Part shown: positions 32,648-41,517 of the stretch, piece after piece
Position numbering within the stretch: position 1 is the stretch's first letter
Layout: the number at the start of each line of letters is the position of its first letter
Assembly (NCBI GenBank): GCA_964414145.1
Contig: CAYPVH010000002.1
Location: 59,369 to 123,368 of the forward strand
Reading direction: 5' to 3'
Length of the DNA: 64,000 nt
From: an uncultured Gammaproteobacteria bacterium
GTDB taxonomy: Bacteria > Patescibacteriota > Microgenomatia > UBA1406
Position numbers and translations under genes: made by a program
Notes under the pieces: generated by a model
The model's database searches: none
What the model was told of the DNA's origin: nothing
Seen by the model: only the letters and a program-made list of their open reading frames with translations

Positions 32648-34654
32648 ATGGACTTAATTATTGTTGAATCACCAACAAAAGCGAAAACATTTAACAAATA
32701 TATAAACAGTAAGAAATATTTGGTTGTTTCGAGTATGGGGCATATTCGTGACTTACCCAAAAAAAAGTTAGGAATAGATTTGGAAAATAACTTTGATTTG
32801 GAATACGAAATAATTCCAGGGAAAAATAAAATCATTGATCCATTAATAAAGGAAGCAAAGAAAGCAAAAAAGATTATCCTTGCCACAGACCCGGACCGAG
32901 AAGGTGAAGCAATAGCTTATCACATTAAGCAGGTTTTGATAAAAAAAGTTAAAAAGGATACGCAGTTTGATCGTATTGTTTTTCACGAAATTACCGAAGA
33001 TGCTTTAAAAGAAGCGTTGGCAGAATCCAAAGAAATAAATAAAAAACTCTTTGATGCGCAGCAAGCAAGAAGAGTACTGGATAGAATTGTTGGTTATAAG
33101 GTATCTCCATATTTATGGAAACGTTTTTCAAAGAGCTGGCTTTCAGCAGGAAGAGTTCAATCTGTAGCACTACGCTTTATAGTTGAAAGAGAAAAAGAGC
33201 GAAGTGCCTTTAAATCTAACTATTATTACGTTATTAAGGCAAATTTTCTATCTCAAAAAATTAATCTTGAAGCCAAGTTAATTGAACTTAAAGGTAAACC
33301 TTTTTACACATCGGATAAAATAGATTTATTTGATGGTAGCTATGAGTTTCAAAAAACACTTTTAAAAACTGATAGTCAGGTAAAACCAGAGGTAGAAAGA
33401 TTAGAAAAAGAAAAATACATAGTTGGTGAAATAAAGGAAAGCAATAGCCTAAGAAAACCACCGGCCCCGTTTACTACTTCAACTCTACAACAAAAGGCAG
33501 TTAACCTTTTTGGGTACAGTGCCAAAAGAACTATGAGAATCGCACAATCTTTATATGAGCATGGTTTTATAACATATCATCGAACCGATTCATATAACCT
33601 GTCTGACAAATTTATTAATGATTGTCGAAGTAGAATTGTTAAAAAATATGGAAAAGAATACCTTTCTTCAACAAAGCGTATATTTAAGCAGAAGTCAAAA
33701 TTGGCACAAGAAGCTCATGAGGCGATTAGGCCAACAGATATAACTAAAGACTCAGGCAGTAATAGTATTACCAAGCTTAGGAGTGATGAGCAAAAAATAT
33801 ATGCCTTAATTTACAACCGTGCTCTAGCTACTCAAATGAAAGAGGCTCATCTTATTAATCAAAAAATTATTATCAAATCTGGTTCAAACGATAAATTTAG
33901 TACAGACTTTCAAGAAATAAAATTTTATGGTTATTTAATACTAGAAAAAGAGCACTTAAACAAAGATAAGAGTTTGGTTAAGAACTTAAAAGAAGATACT
34001 GATATGCAAATGAAAAATTTAAATGTTGAAAACAAAGAAACGCTACCACCCCCAAGGTATAGCGAAGCTTCTTTAATCAAAACATTAGAAAAACAAGGAA
34101 TTGGTAGACCGTCAACATATGCACCAATCATATCCTTGATTCAGGAGCGATATTATGTGAGCAAGGAAGGTAGAGAACTAATTCCAACTGATTTAGGAAG
34201 CACAGTATCTGATTTATTGGTGGCGAATTTTAAACAGATATTCGACATCAACTTTACCGCACAGATGGAAAATGACCTTGATGGAATTGCTATCGGTAAA
34301 AGAGAGTGGAAAAAAATTGTTAAAGATTTTTACAAACCCTTTAAAAAGAATCTTGACGAGGCATACAAAGAAACAGAAAAAATAAAAGTCGAAGAAAAAA
34401 CAGATAAGAAATGCCCCAAATGTAAAAGTGACTTGGTAATCAAGCTTTCTAGGTTTGGTAAATTTTATGCTTGTTCGGCATTTCCTAACTGTCGGTATAC
34501 CGAAAATTATTTGGAAAAAATAGGGACTACTTGCCCTAAGTGTGGTAAGGGAAACGTTATAGTCAGGTTTTCCAGAAAAAAGAGAAAGTTTTATGCTTGT
34601 GATACTTATCCCAAGTGTGATTATACTTCGCTGTGGCCGCCAAAAGATAAATAA
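32648..34654 (+). CDS. topA: DNA topoisomerase I (type IA) with two C-terminal Cys4 zinc ribbons
   Basis: Toprim region MDLIIVESPTKAKT...LATDPDREGEAIAYH, the active-site region ITYHRTDS, and C-terminal CPKCKSDL...CSAFPNC and CPKCGKG...CDTYPKC. Confidence 0.95.
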   Translation: MDLIIVESPTKAKTFNKYINSKKYLVVSSMGHIRDLPKKKLGIDLENNFDLEYEIIPGKNKIIDPLIKEAKKAKKIILATDPDREGEAIAYHIKQVLIKKVKKDTQFDRIVFHEITEDALKEALAESKEINKKLFDAQQARRVLDRIVGYKVSPYLWKRFSKSWLSAGRVQSVALRFIVEREKERSAFKSNYYYVIKANFLSQKINLEAKLIELKGKPFYTSDKIDLFDGSYEFQKTLLKTDSQVKPEVERLEKEKYIVGEIKESNSLRKPPAPFTTSTLQQKAVNLFGYSAKRTMRIAQSLYEHGFITYHRTDSYNLSDKFINDCRSRIVKKYGKEYLSSTKRIFKQKSKLAQEAHEAIRPTDITKDSGSNSITKLRSDEQKIYALIYNRALATQMKEAHLINQKIIIKSGSNDKFSTDFQEIKFYGYLILEKEHLNKDKSLVKNLKEDTDMQMKNLNVENKETLPPPRYSEASLIKTLEKQGIGRPSTYAPIISLIQERYYVSKEGRELIPTDLGSTVSDLLVANFKQIFDINFTAQMENDLDGIAIGKREWKKIVKDFYKPFKKNLDEAYKETEKIKVEEKTDKKCPKCKSDLVIKLSRFGKFYACSAFPNCRYTENYLEKIGTTCPKCGKGNVIVRFSRKKRKFYACDTYPKCDYTSLWPPKDK

Positions 34655-34660
34655 AAGCGT

Positions 34661-35458
34661 TTAAATAATTAATCCGGCAATTACCAGACCCAAACTTAAG
34701 AATAAAAGAATCACCGTTTTTGTTGTTATTCCTGTTTTGGGAATAGAGTCGGTTTCTGTAATCTCAGTAACCTGAGTTGGTTCGTTTTTTTCGTCTGGTG
34801 CTTTCGCCAGTGTTTGCGGTGTGGGGGTACTGGTGCTTACAACTTTAGCAAGATATCTGGTTGGGCTGGGAATAGGGGTAGAAGTGGTTTTGGAAGTTGG
34901 GATAACTGTTATCTGTGGTGTTGTGGTTGGTGCAATGGTTGTGGTTGGCACTGAAATAGTTGCAGTAGCTTCTGGGATATCTTCTGGGATATCTTCTGGG
35001 ATATCCTCTTCATCACTTGAAGTGGGGGTTACAGACTGCAAATTTTTTTGTGTATCTGGTTCTATTGACGGACTTATATTGGAAATGGTTTCGGTAGTAA
35101 AAGGGGTATAAATGGATGTAGGTTCAAGGTTTGCTCGAGGAATATAGGTAGTTTTATTATTATTCAAGAAATAAGTAACAATAAACATATTGATCACAAT
35201 TAATAAAACAACACTTATAGTTATAATTGGTTTAAGATTTCTTTTCGTTTGTTTATGATCTAATTTTTTAGCATTTTCAATTTTTTGGATATATTCTTTT
35301 GAATTCTCTTTTAAAGCATTTTGTTTCAAAGGAGCAACGTTTGGTTGTTTATTTTTCTTTTTTTCATCTATAAAATTTTTGGCTTGAAAAATAAAAATAG
35401 ACAAAACAACTATAAAAGCTATTACCGGTATAATTGGATAAGTAATTATAAAATTCAT
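34661..35458 (-). CDS. PT-rich surface protein with a C-terminal IPKTG sorting signal
   Basis: 265 aa with two N-terminal hydrophobic segments, an EDIPEDIPEDIPE repeat and a T/P-rich region. The C-terminus reads DSIPKTGITTKTVILLFLSLGLVIAGLII, with no basic tail. Confidence 0.7.
   Translation of the reverse strand: MNFIITYPIIPVIAFIVVLSIFIFQAKNFIDEKKKNKQPNVAPLKQNALKENSKEYIQKIENAKKLDHKQTKRNLKPIITISVVLLIVINMFIVTYFLNNNKTTYIPRANLEPTSIYTPFTTETISNISPSIEPDTQKNLQSVTPTSSDEEDIPEDIPEDIPEATATISVPTTTIAPTTTPQITVIPTSKTTSTPIPSPTRYLAKVVSTSTPTPQTLAKAPDEKNEPTQVTEITETDSIPKTGITTKTVILLFLSLGLVIAGLII
34730..34744 (-). other. IPKTG sortase-type motif
   Basis: The minus strand reads att ccc aaa aca gga, followed by 22 mostly hydrophobic residues and the stop. 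Confidence 0.7.
34970..35005 (-). repeat. 3 x 12-bp perfect in-frame tandem repeat (EDIP units)
   Basis: The plus strand reads ttctgggatatc three times. Confidence 0.9.
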
Positions 35459-35470
35459 AATATGATTATT

Positions 35471-36778
35471 CTAATAAATAACAAGCAATAAACCAAATAA
35501 GCTAATACCGGAAGCTAGAATAATAAGTAGGCTGTTGTTAAAACCGGTTGTTGGAATTAACTTCTTTGAAATTGTGGGGTTAATTGGAGTTGGAACATTT
35601 GTAATAACAACTGCTGTAGTTGGTGTTGGGGAAGAGATGGTGGGTTCGCTAATAACAGTTGGAGTAGCAACCACTTTAGTTGGAGTGGGGCTGGTAGACG
35701 CAGAAGGAGTTGCTTCTCCAAGAACTGCCTCACCGCTTTTAATAACATAAAATGTTATGTTTTCTTGACGGTTTGAACTTTTTTCTTTTGCGTAAAGACT
35801 GTAAACTCCCGGTTTAAAGGCTTCTTTAGCCATGTATTGCCAGTTTCCTTTTTCGTCTATCATAACTATGGTACTAAATACATAGGGGTTGGTTTGTAGT
35901 TCAATAAAGGTATTTGGTTTTCCAACACCTCTAAATACCGGATAAAGACTGTTTACAATTCCTTGAGAACCGGGGTAGGTAATTAATTCATTATTTTGGT
36001 TAGTTTTTTTAATTCCAAGAACAGAGTTTTCGGGATCCAAATAATCATAATCCTTGCCCAAAACTACTGTTTTTAGCGGTTGGCTGTTGGAATACTTGGA
36101 CTTTATCTTACTTTTTTTTCTGTTATTGCCAATAATTGATAAATATAAAGTTTGGGAGTCGGTAAGTTTAATGCTTTTATTGTCATTATCTATCACAATT
36201 GGTAATGAAATAATCCACTCTCCGGTACTTTTACTAAGAGCCGTGAAGTTATTCTTGTTATTTTCAAAGTTAAGTTTGATAAGTGCACCAGACGCTGGTT
36301 TCAAGCTGTCATCGAGCACCTTACCAAAGATGGGAGGATGACTATAAGTTGGCAGTTTTTTGTTTAGGGTTCTAAATCTATATTCCTCATTAATAAATTT
36401 TTTACCCTCAATAACAATATGAAAGCTATATACAGTATTTTGTTGAAGATTAGAAATAGTAAAGTAGTGTATAAATCGGGAAGTTTGTTTATTAGTGTCT
36501 CGGTCATCAAACTTAACCATGTTGGTGTTAATTCCCGTTCCATACTTAATTAAGGCGTTGTTTTCGCTGGTGGTAATAAAACTAATAGTTGCAGAGGTAT
36601 CGGTAAGGTTGCTCAACCTTACCTCGGTCGGCGTACTTGCTTTACCGGCTCTTGAAACAATATTTCCCTTTTGATTGTTATTTAAAAACAGAGCTAATCC
36701 TACAGTAACAACTATGATTATTCCATAAGCCAATAAGCTTGGTATTCTTTTTTTTTCATGAAGAAAATAATAGGTCAT
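35471..36778 (-). CDS. FN3-containing surface protein with a C-terminal IPTTG sorting signal
   Basis: 435 aa with an N-terminal TM. The FN3-like region reads PTEVRLSNLTDTSATISFITTSENNALIKYGT...NTVYSFHIV. It continues with beta-rich domains and a PT-rich stalk, and ends KKLIPTTGFNNSLLIILASGISLFGLLLVIY. Confidence 0.7.
   Translation of the reverse strand: MTYYFLHEKKRIPSLLAYGIIIVVTVGLALFLNNNQKGNIVSRAGKASTPTEVRLSNLTDTSATISFITTSENNALIKYGTGINTNMVKFDDRDTNKQTSRFIHYFTISNLQQNTVYSFHIVIEGKKFINEEYRFRTLNKKLPTYSHPPIFGKVLDDSLKPASGALIKLNFENNKNNFTALSKSTGEWIISLPIVIDNDNKSIKLTDSQTLYLSIIGNNRKKSKIKSKYSNSQPLKTVVLGKDYDYLDPENSVLGIKKTNQNNELITYPGSQGIVNSLYPVFRGVGKPNTFIELQTNPYVFSTIVMIDEKGNWQYMAKEAFKPGVYSLYAKEKSSNRQENITFYVIKSGEAVLGEATPSASTSPTPTKVVATPTVISEPTISSPTPTTAVVITNVPTPINPTISKKLIPTTGFNNSLLIILASGISLFGLLLVIY
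35543..35557 (-). other. IPTTG sortase-type motif
   Basis: Residues 408-412 of the 435-aa product, placed by frame arithmetic from 36778. They are followed by 23 hydrophobic residues and the stop, with no basic tail. Confidence 0.65.
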
Positions 36779-36981
36779 TTTTTTTGTTCTAGTGTTTCTA
36801 AGAAATCCACATCTGGTAGAGGTTTTATATCTACTTTTAAACTTGTTTCATATTCAACAGTTAATTTACTGTTCTTTTCAATATGATATATCTCAACCAT
36901 GATCCATGCAAATATTGTTAATAAAAAGATTAATGACAAATAAAAAAATTCGCGTCGGTATGTAAACTTAATTTTTTTCAT
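36775..36981 (-). CDS. Small single-pass membrane protein, unknown function
   Basis: 68 aa with a TM (FFYLSLIFLLTIFAWIMVEIY). Its stop overlaps the start of the next gene by 4 nt. Confidence 0.5.
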   Translation of the reverse strand: MKKIKFTYRREFFYLSLIFLLTIFAWIMVEIYHIEKNSKLTVEYETSLKVDIKPLPDVDFLETLEQKK

Positions 36982-36993
36982 ATAAACCTATCA

Positions 36994-37560
36994 CTATCTT
37001 ACATAGTAGTAGGTTTCTATATTAGTAGTCAAGTCCAAAAGAGCGCTACTTGTACTAATGTCATGTTTTTGAATTGTCATGTTTTTATAAACAAAAACAC
37101 GCCGTGAGTTAGCTATCGTGTTCAGTAGCTCTGTGGTATCTGTGTATGTACCACTTCCACCTATGTTTATATCAATACTATTTAAACCAAGGTTTTTTGG
37201 AGGAACAATGCTAAAATCTTTTAAACTAAAAGTATCGAGGTTAATGTTTTGATTTAATATTTTTGCAGTGTCTTCGATTTTCGGTTCATCTGGCATCGCT
37301 TCGTCTATTAATGCTTTTTTGTTTAATATAACCATGTATTTTGATTGCGCTTGAATAATTTGTTGTATTTTTTCTTCTAAAACGCGATTTACTTCTTCAT
37401 ATTCCTTTTTCTCCTTGTTTAATGTAAGAATCATACCAAGCGATGGTCTAACTGCAAATATGGCAAAGAAAGCAATAGTAATAATTATGAAAGAAATTAC
37501 TTTATAGTCTTTGTTAACCTTTTGTTCTTTTTTATGCTTCATTATTAACTTTAATTTCAA
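36994..37560 (-). CDS. PilO-like bitopic membrane protein (TM + coiled coil + alpha/beta domain)
   Basis: 188 aa with a basic N-terminus, TM (VISFIIITIAFFAIFAV), a coiled coil (KEKKEYEEVNRVLEEKIQQIIQAQ), LIDEAMPDEP, and then a mixed alpha/beta C-terminal domain. The call rests on architecture only. Confidence 0.4.
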   Translation of the reverse strand: MKLKLIMKHKKEQKVNKDYKVISFIIITIAFFAIFAVRPSLGMILTLNKEKKEYEEVNRVLEEKIQQIIQAQSKYMVILNKKALIDEAMPDEPKIEDTAKILNQNINLDTFSLKDFSIVPPKNLGLNSIDINIGGSGTYTDTTELLNTIANSRRVFVYKNMTIQKHDISTSSALLDLTTNIETYYYVR

Positions 37561-38056
37561 AGTAGTAAATATTTTGTTCTTTGGTTATTTTTTCAACTGT
37601 AACTTTCTTATTCAAAACGGTTTCTAATCTTAGTTGCATTCTTTTAATGTCTATGGCCTCATATGTTTTACCAAATACAACCACTAAGTTATCATGAAGC
37701 TCTACTTTAGACAAATTAACAGATTCGGGTATGTTGCTTAAGGTTTCTGTAAGCACAAGGTACTGAGCTTGAGAAGTATTGTAAACATTAACTAAGTTTT
37801 GTGTCTTTTCGGCCAGTAGGTTGTTGTGTTGAATCATTTCTTCAGAAACCAAAATAATTTGGTTTTTCTCATCGATTGCTTCTTTTAAATCTATGACTTG
37901 CTGATCTAAAATAATTTTTACAAAGAAAACTACTAGCACAAGTAATTGAGTTAGCACAATAATATATTTAGCATAAGAATTCAGAAAAGAAGTTGCCTCG
38001 GACAATAAACTAACTGTCTTCTTTTCGAGAAGATTAAATTTAAAGTTTTTAGCCAT
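37532..38056 (-). CDS. PilN-like bitopic membrane protein (N-terminal FNLL motif + TM + coiled coil)
   Basis: 174 aa. MAKNFKFNLLEKK resembles the PilN N-terminal INLLP motif. It has a TM (YIIVLTQLLVLVVFFVKIIL) followed by a coiled coil. Confidence 0.45.
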   Translation of the reverse strand: MAKNFKFNLLEKKTVSLLSEATSFLNSYAKYIIVLTQLLVLVVFFVKIILDQQVIDLKEAIDEKNQIILVSEEMIQHNNLLAEKTQNLVNVYNTSQAQYLVLTETLSNIPESVNLSKVELHDNLVVVFGKTYEAIDIKRMQLRLETVLNKKVTVEKITKEQNIYYFEIKVNNEA

Positions 38057-38062
38057 TGATCT

Positions 38063-38296
38063 TTATTTTTTTACTTTACTTAGTCTAGCTTTAAGTCTAG
38101 ATGCTTTATTTTTGTGTATGACTCCCTTTTTGGCAGCTCTGTCTACTAAAGACACTGTTTCTTTCAGCTGTTCTTTGGTTGGTTTTGAAACATACTTTTT
38201 CACTGCTTTTTTGTACCTACTCTTGTAGGCACTGTTCACTTCTTGTCTCTTTTTGTCTTGCCGCATTTTCTTTTTTGCTGATTTTATGTTAGGCAT
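38063..38296 (-). CDS. rpsT: 30S ribosomal protein S20
   Basis: MPNIKSAKKKMRQDKKRQEVNSAYKSRYKKAVKK...IHKNKASRLKARLSK. Confidence 0.92.
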   Translation of the reverse strand: MPNIKSAKKKMRQDKKRQEVNSAYKSRYKKAVKKYVSKPTKEQLKETVSLVDRAAKKGVIHKNKASRLKARLSKVKK

Positions 38297-38367
38297 TATA
38301 TTTAGACTATTATAACTTTTAATAATATAATATAGATGGTACTAATTATACAACAAAGATATTATTG

Positions 38368-40050
38368 ATGTGGCACCAACTAAAAAATTTATATAAAAGT
38401 AAGCAAAGCACACTCTATGCTTCAACTATAGTGGTTGCACTAACACTATTTGTTGCCAGAATTTTAGGTCTGGTTAAATTAAGGGTATTAACCGGGTATT
38501 TTGACAAGAGCCAACTAGATCTTTTTTTTGCCGCATTTCGGCTACCAGATTTTATTTTTGAGGTTTTTGTTGCCGGTTCAATTTCATCTTGCTTTATCCC
38601 AATAATTTCGGAAATAGTAGATAAAAAGAAAAACGGTAAAGACGAAATAATGATATTTTCGCAATCACTATCATTGATCTTCTTATTTTCTTGGATAATT
38701 ATTTTTTTGGTAATGAAAATATTTGCAAAAAATATAGTTGAAATACTGGTGCCCGGCTATACTGCGGCACAAGTAAATATGGTTTCTTCAATGTCCCTAA
38801 CCATTCTTTTTTATCAGGTTCCGTTCTTACTTTTGGGTAATGTATTATCTGCAATTCTACAGACAGAAAAACAATTTTTAATACCCGGCATAGCTCCTGC
38901 TTTTTATAATTTGGGAATTATTGCCGGTGTTATCTTGTTTGCGCAAAAACATGGTCTATATGGCGCCTTATATGGCGTAGGTATTGGTTCTGTTTTGTAC
39001 TTTATTACTTTGTTTTTAGGTGTATATATTCTTGGTTATCCAATAAAGATTAAAATATATTTGTTTGATAAAAAAATTAAACGTTTTTTCAATCTATTTT
39101 GGCCCAGGTTCTTTAATTCGTTAACTGCACAAGTTGATGCCACGGTAGATTTGGCTTTGTCAACCCTAAGAGGAGTAGGAAGTTATTCATCTTTTTACTT
39201 AGCTAGAAACCTACAAATTTTACCGGTCAGTTTTTTTGGTATTGCCGTGTCTCAAACTGCTTTACCTTTTTTTTCCAGGCTATATCATCAGAATAAAAAG
39301 GAAGAATTAATGCAACTCTTGGTTAAGTTTGTTTTACAAATAACTTTTATTATGATGCCGTTTGTTATTTTTTTTACAGCGCTCAGAGTACCAATTGTCC
39401 GTCTATTTTTTGGAGGCGACAAGTTTGACTTATTAGCTACACAAAGAACTGCAAATGTATTGTCAATATTTGCTTTGTCGTTGCCTTTTCATACTGTATA
39501 TTACCTTATCACGAGAGCCTATTTTGCTATACAAGACACAAAAACCCCTTTTGTTACCGGAGTTATTTTTACTCTATCAAATACGCTTTTAAGTATCATA
39601 TTTATCAAAGTTTTAAATTTACCTGTTTATTTTTTAGCATTATCATTTACAACATCAATTACTTTAAACACTGCTGTTTTATTTTATCTCCTAGTTAAAA
39701 AACTGGATTCGGTAAAAATTGTTCCTGTTTTGGGCAAGTTTTTATTAATGGGTTTGAATACAATTGCTACTACTTTTGTAGTTTGGGTTAGTCTAAAGTT
39801 ACTGGATGGACTAGTTTTTGATACGGGAAGAACAATAAATCTTTTTATATTAACAATGATATGTGTCTTTATTGGTAGTATGGTTTATTTATATTTATCA
39901 TGGATATTTGTTCCTGCCGAACTAAAAAGTGTTCTCAGCTTAGTTTATAGATTTAGTTTCTTTAAGAAAACCATTTCTAAATATAAAGAAATTTTTTATA
40001 CTGGTAAGACCGATATTCCTTTAGAAGATAAGCAAGAGCAAAAATTATGA
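38368..40050 (+). CDS. murJ: Lipid II flippase MurJ (MviN, MOP superfamily)
   Basis: About 560 aa and polytopic. LGLVKLRVLTGYFDKSQLDLFFAAFRLPDFIFEVFVAGSISSCFIP matches the MurJ N-terminal pattern. The start is ATG 38368 or TTG 38365. Confidence 0.8.
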   Translation: MWHQLKNLYKSKQSTLYASTIVVALTLFVARILGLVKLRVLTGYFDKSQLDLFFAAFRLPDFIFEVFVAGSISSCFIPIISEIVDKKKNGKDEIMIFSQSLSLIFLFSWIIIFLVMKIFAKNIVEILVPGYTAAQVNMVSSMSLTILFYQVPFLLLGNVLSAILQTEKQFLIPGIAPAFYNLGIIAGVILFAQKHGLYGALYGVGIGSVLYFITLFLGVYILGYPIKIKIYLFDKKIKRFFNLFWPRFFNSLTAQVDATVDLALSTLRGVGSYSSFYLARNLQILPVSFFGIAVSQTALPFFSRLYHQNKKEELMQLLVKFVLQITFIMMPFVIFFTALRVPIVRLFFGGDKFDLLATQRTANVLSIFALSLPFHTVYYLITRAYFAIQDTKTPFVTGVIFTLSNTLLSIIFIKVLNLPVYFLALSFTTSITLNTAVLFYLLVKKLDSVKIVPVLGKFLLMGLNTIATTFVVWVSLKLLDGLVFDTGRTINLFILTMICVFIGSMVYLYLSWIFVPAELKSVLSLVYRFSFFKKTISKYKEIFYTGKTDIPLEDKQEQKL

Positions 40051-41297
40051 GTCAACTAAAAATAACCGCCATAAATGCTATAAGAAATAAACTGCTGGGT
40101 AAAACAATTAATTACACCGATGCCTATGCAATAATGAGCTGTTTTAGTACCGGTGAACTGGGGGAGATATTTGTAGCTTATTTTACTGCTTCTTCTTTTA
40201 AAGATGGGTTTACCGATGAAGAACTGTATTATTTGGTAAAAGCAATGGTTGAAACTGGCGAGCGTTTTAATTTTGACGGAGTTGTAACAGACAAGCATTC
40301 GATTGGTGGGCTCCCTGGTACCAGAACAACATTAATCGTTGTTCCAATAATTGCCGCTGCTGGTTTTATAATTCCGAAAACATCATCTCGAGCGATTACT
40401 ACCCCAGCGGGTACGGCAGATTGTATGGAAATATTGGCTCCGGTAAACTTGTCATATCAAAAAATAGAAAATGTTGTTAATAAAACCGGGGGCTGTATTG
40501 TTTGGGGAGGACATCTAAAGATTGCCCCCGCAGATGACATTATTATTAATGTAGAAAAACCTTTATCGTTTGAATCGTATGACAAAATAATGATTTCTGT
40601 TCTAGCTAAGAAAATTGCTATGTCGTCAAAATATGTTGTTATTGATATTCCTGTTGGTCCAACAATGAAAATCAAATATGTTAAAGACGCACTGAAATTT
40701 TCTGAAAAAATGAAAAAACTTGCCGGCCGATTTTCAATTAATCTGGTTACAGATATTAATTACCAATTACAACCTGCGGGCAATGGTATTGGTCCTGTAT
40801 TTGAAACAAGCGACGCTTTGAAGGTTTTGTTTCAAACCCCTAACAGACCACTTGCTCTTGAATATAAAGCAATTCAGCTTGCTAGTCAGCTATTAGACTT
40901 GTGTTATGAGCAAAAAAAGATAAAAAAAGATGGACAAATAGTAGCTGAGGAGATATTAAGATCCGGAAAAGCTCTTCATAAATTCAAGGAGATAATCGAA
41001 GCTCAGGGGGGCAATCCAGATATAGATATAAATAACCTCAAAGGAGCAAAAAATACTAAAGAAATCAAATCAAATGTATCAGGAAAAATCAGATTTGTTA
41101 ATAACTTTAATATATGTGAAATTGCTAAAGTACTGGGAGCCCCAGAACAGAAGACGGCAGGAATGATATTGAACAAACGATTTGATGAAGAAGTTAAAAG
41201 TAATGATATACTAATAACAATGTATTCAGAAGAGAAGGAAAAGTTAGATAACGCAACAAACTTGATTAGTAAATTACCAGTTTATCAATTAAAATAA
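40047..41297 (+). CDS. Thymidine/AMP phosphorylase-family enzyme (archaeal-type DeoA-like)
   Basis: DKHSIGGLPGTRTTLIVVPIIAAAGFIIPKTSSRAITTPAGTADCMEILAP closely matches the phosphate/pentose-binding core of the family. Its start overlaps the murJ stop by 4 nt. Confidence 0.8.
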   Translation: MSQLKITAINAIRNKLLGKTINYTDAYAIMSCFSTGELGEIFVAYFTASSFKDGFTDEELYYLVKAMVETGERFNFDGVVTDKHSIGGLPGTRTTLIVVPIIAAAGFIIPKTSSRAITTPAGTADCMEILAPVNLSYQKIENVVNKTGGCIVWGGHLKIAPADDIIINVEKPLSFESYDKIMISVLAKKIAMSSKYVVIDIPVGPTMKIKYVKDALKFSEKMKKLAGRFSINLVTDINYQLQPAGNGIGPVFETSDALKVLFQTPNRPLALEYKAIQLASQLLDLCYEQKKIKKDGQIVAEEILRSGKALHKFKEIIEAQGGNPDIDINNLKGAKNTKEIKSNVSGKIRFVNNFNICEIAKVLGAPEQKTAGMILNKRFDEEVKSNDILITMYSEEKEKLDNATNLISKLPVYQLK

Positions 41298-41301
41298 CCA
41301 T

Positions 41302-41517
41302 ATGTTTACTAGATTTAAAAAAATAATAGAACCAATGCAATTATGGCTTTTAGGGACCGGCAGGTGTGTTGGTTGCGGGAAAGAGCTGAGCAAAATTAAG
41401 AATATTAAAAGTTTAAGTAAGGAAAACAAATTAATCAGTTGTGCCTGTAGTCGGCAATATGTATATAACATTGCCAAGAAGACTTATAGAAGAGCACTTC
41501 TAAGCGAAGCTAAATGA
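41302..41517 (+). CDS. Small basic Cys-containing protein, unknown function
   Basis: 71 aa with CVGCGKEL...CACSRQ. It overlaps mltG by 4 nt. Confidence 0.4.
   Translation: MFTRFKKIIEPMQLWLLGTGRCVGCGKELSKIKNIKSLSKENKLISCACSRQYVYNIAKKTYRRALLSEAK

Noticed and set aside
31008-32886. ORFs 31008..31412 (134 aa, minus) and 32635..32886 (83 aa, minus)
   Set aside because: They are antisense to rplU/rpmA and to the topA Toprim region respectively. Both are shadow ORFs.
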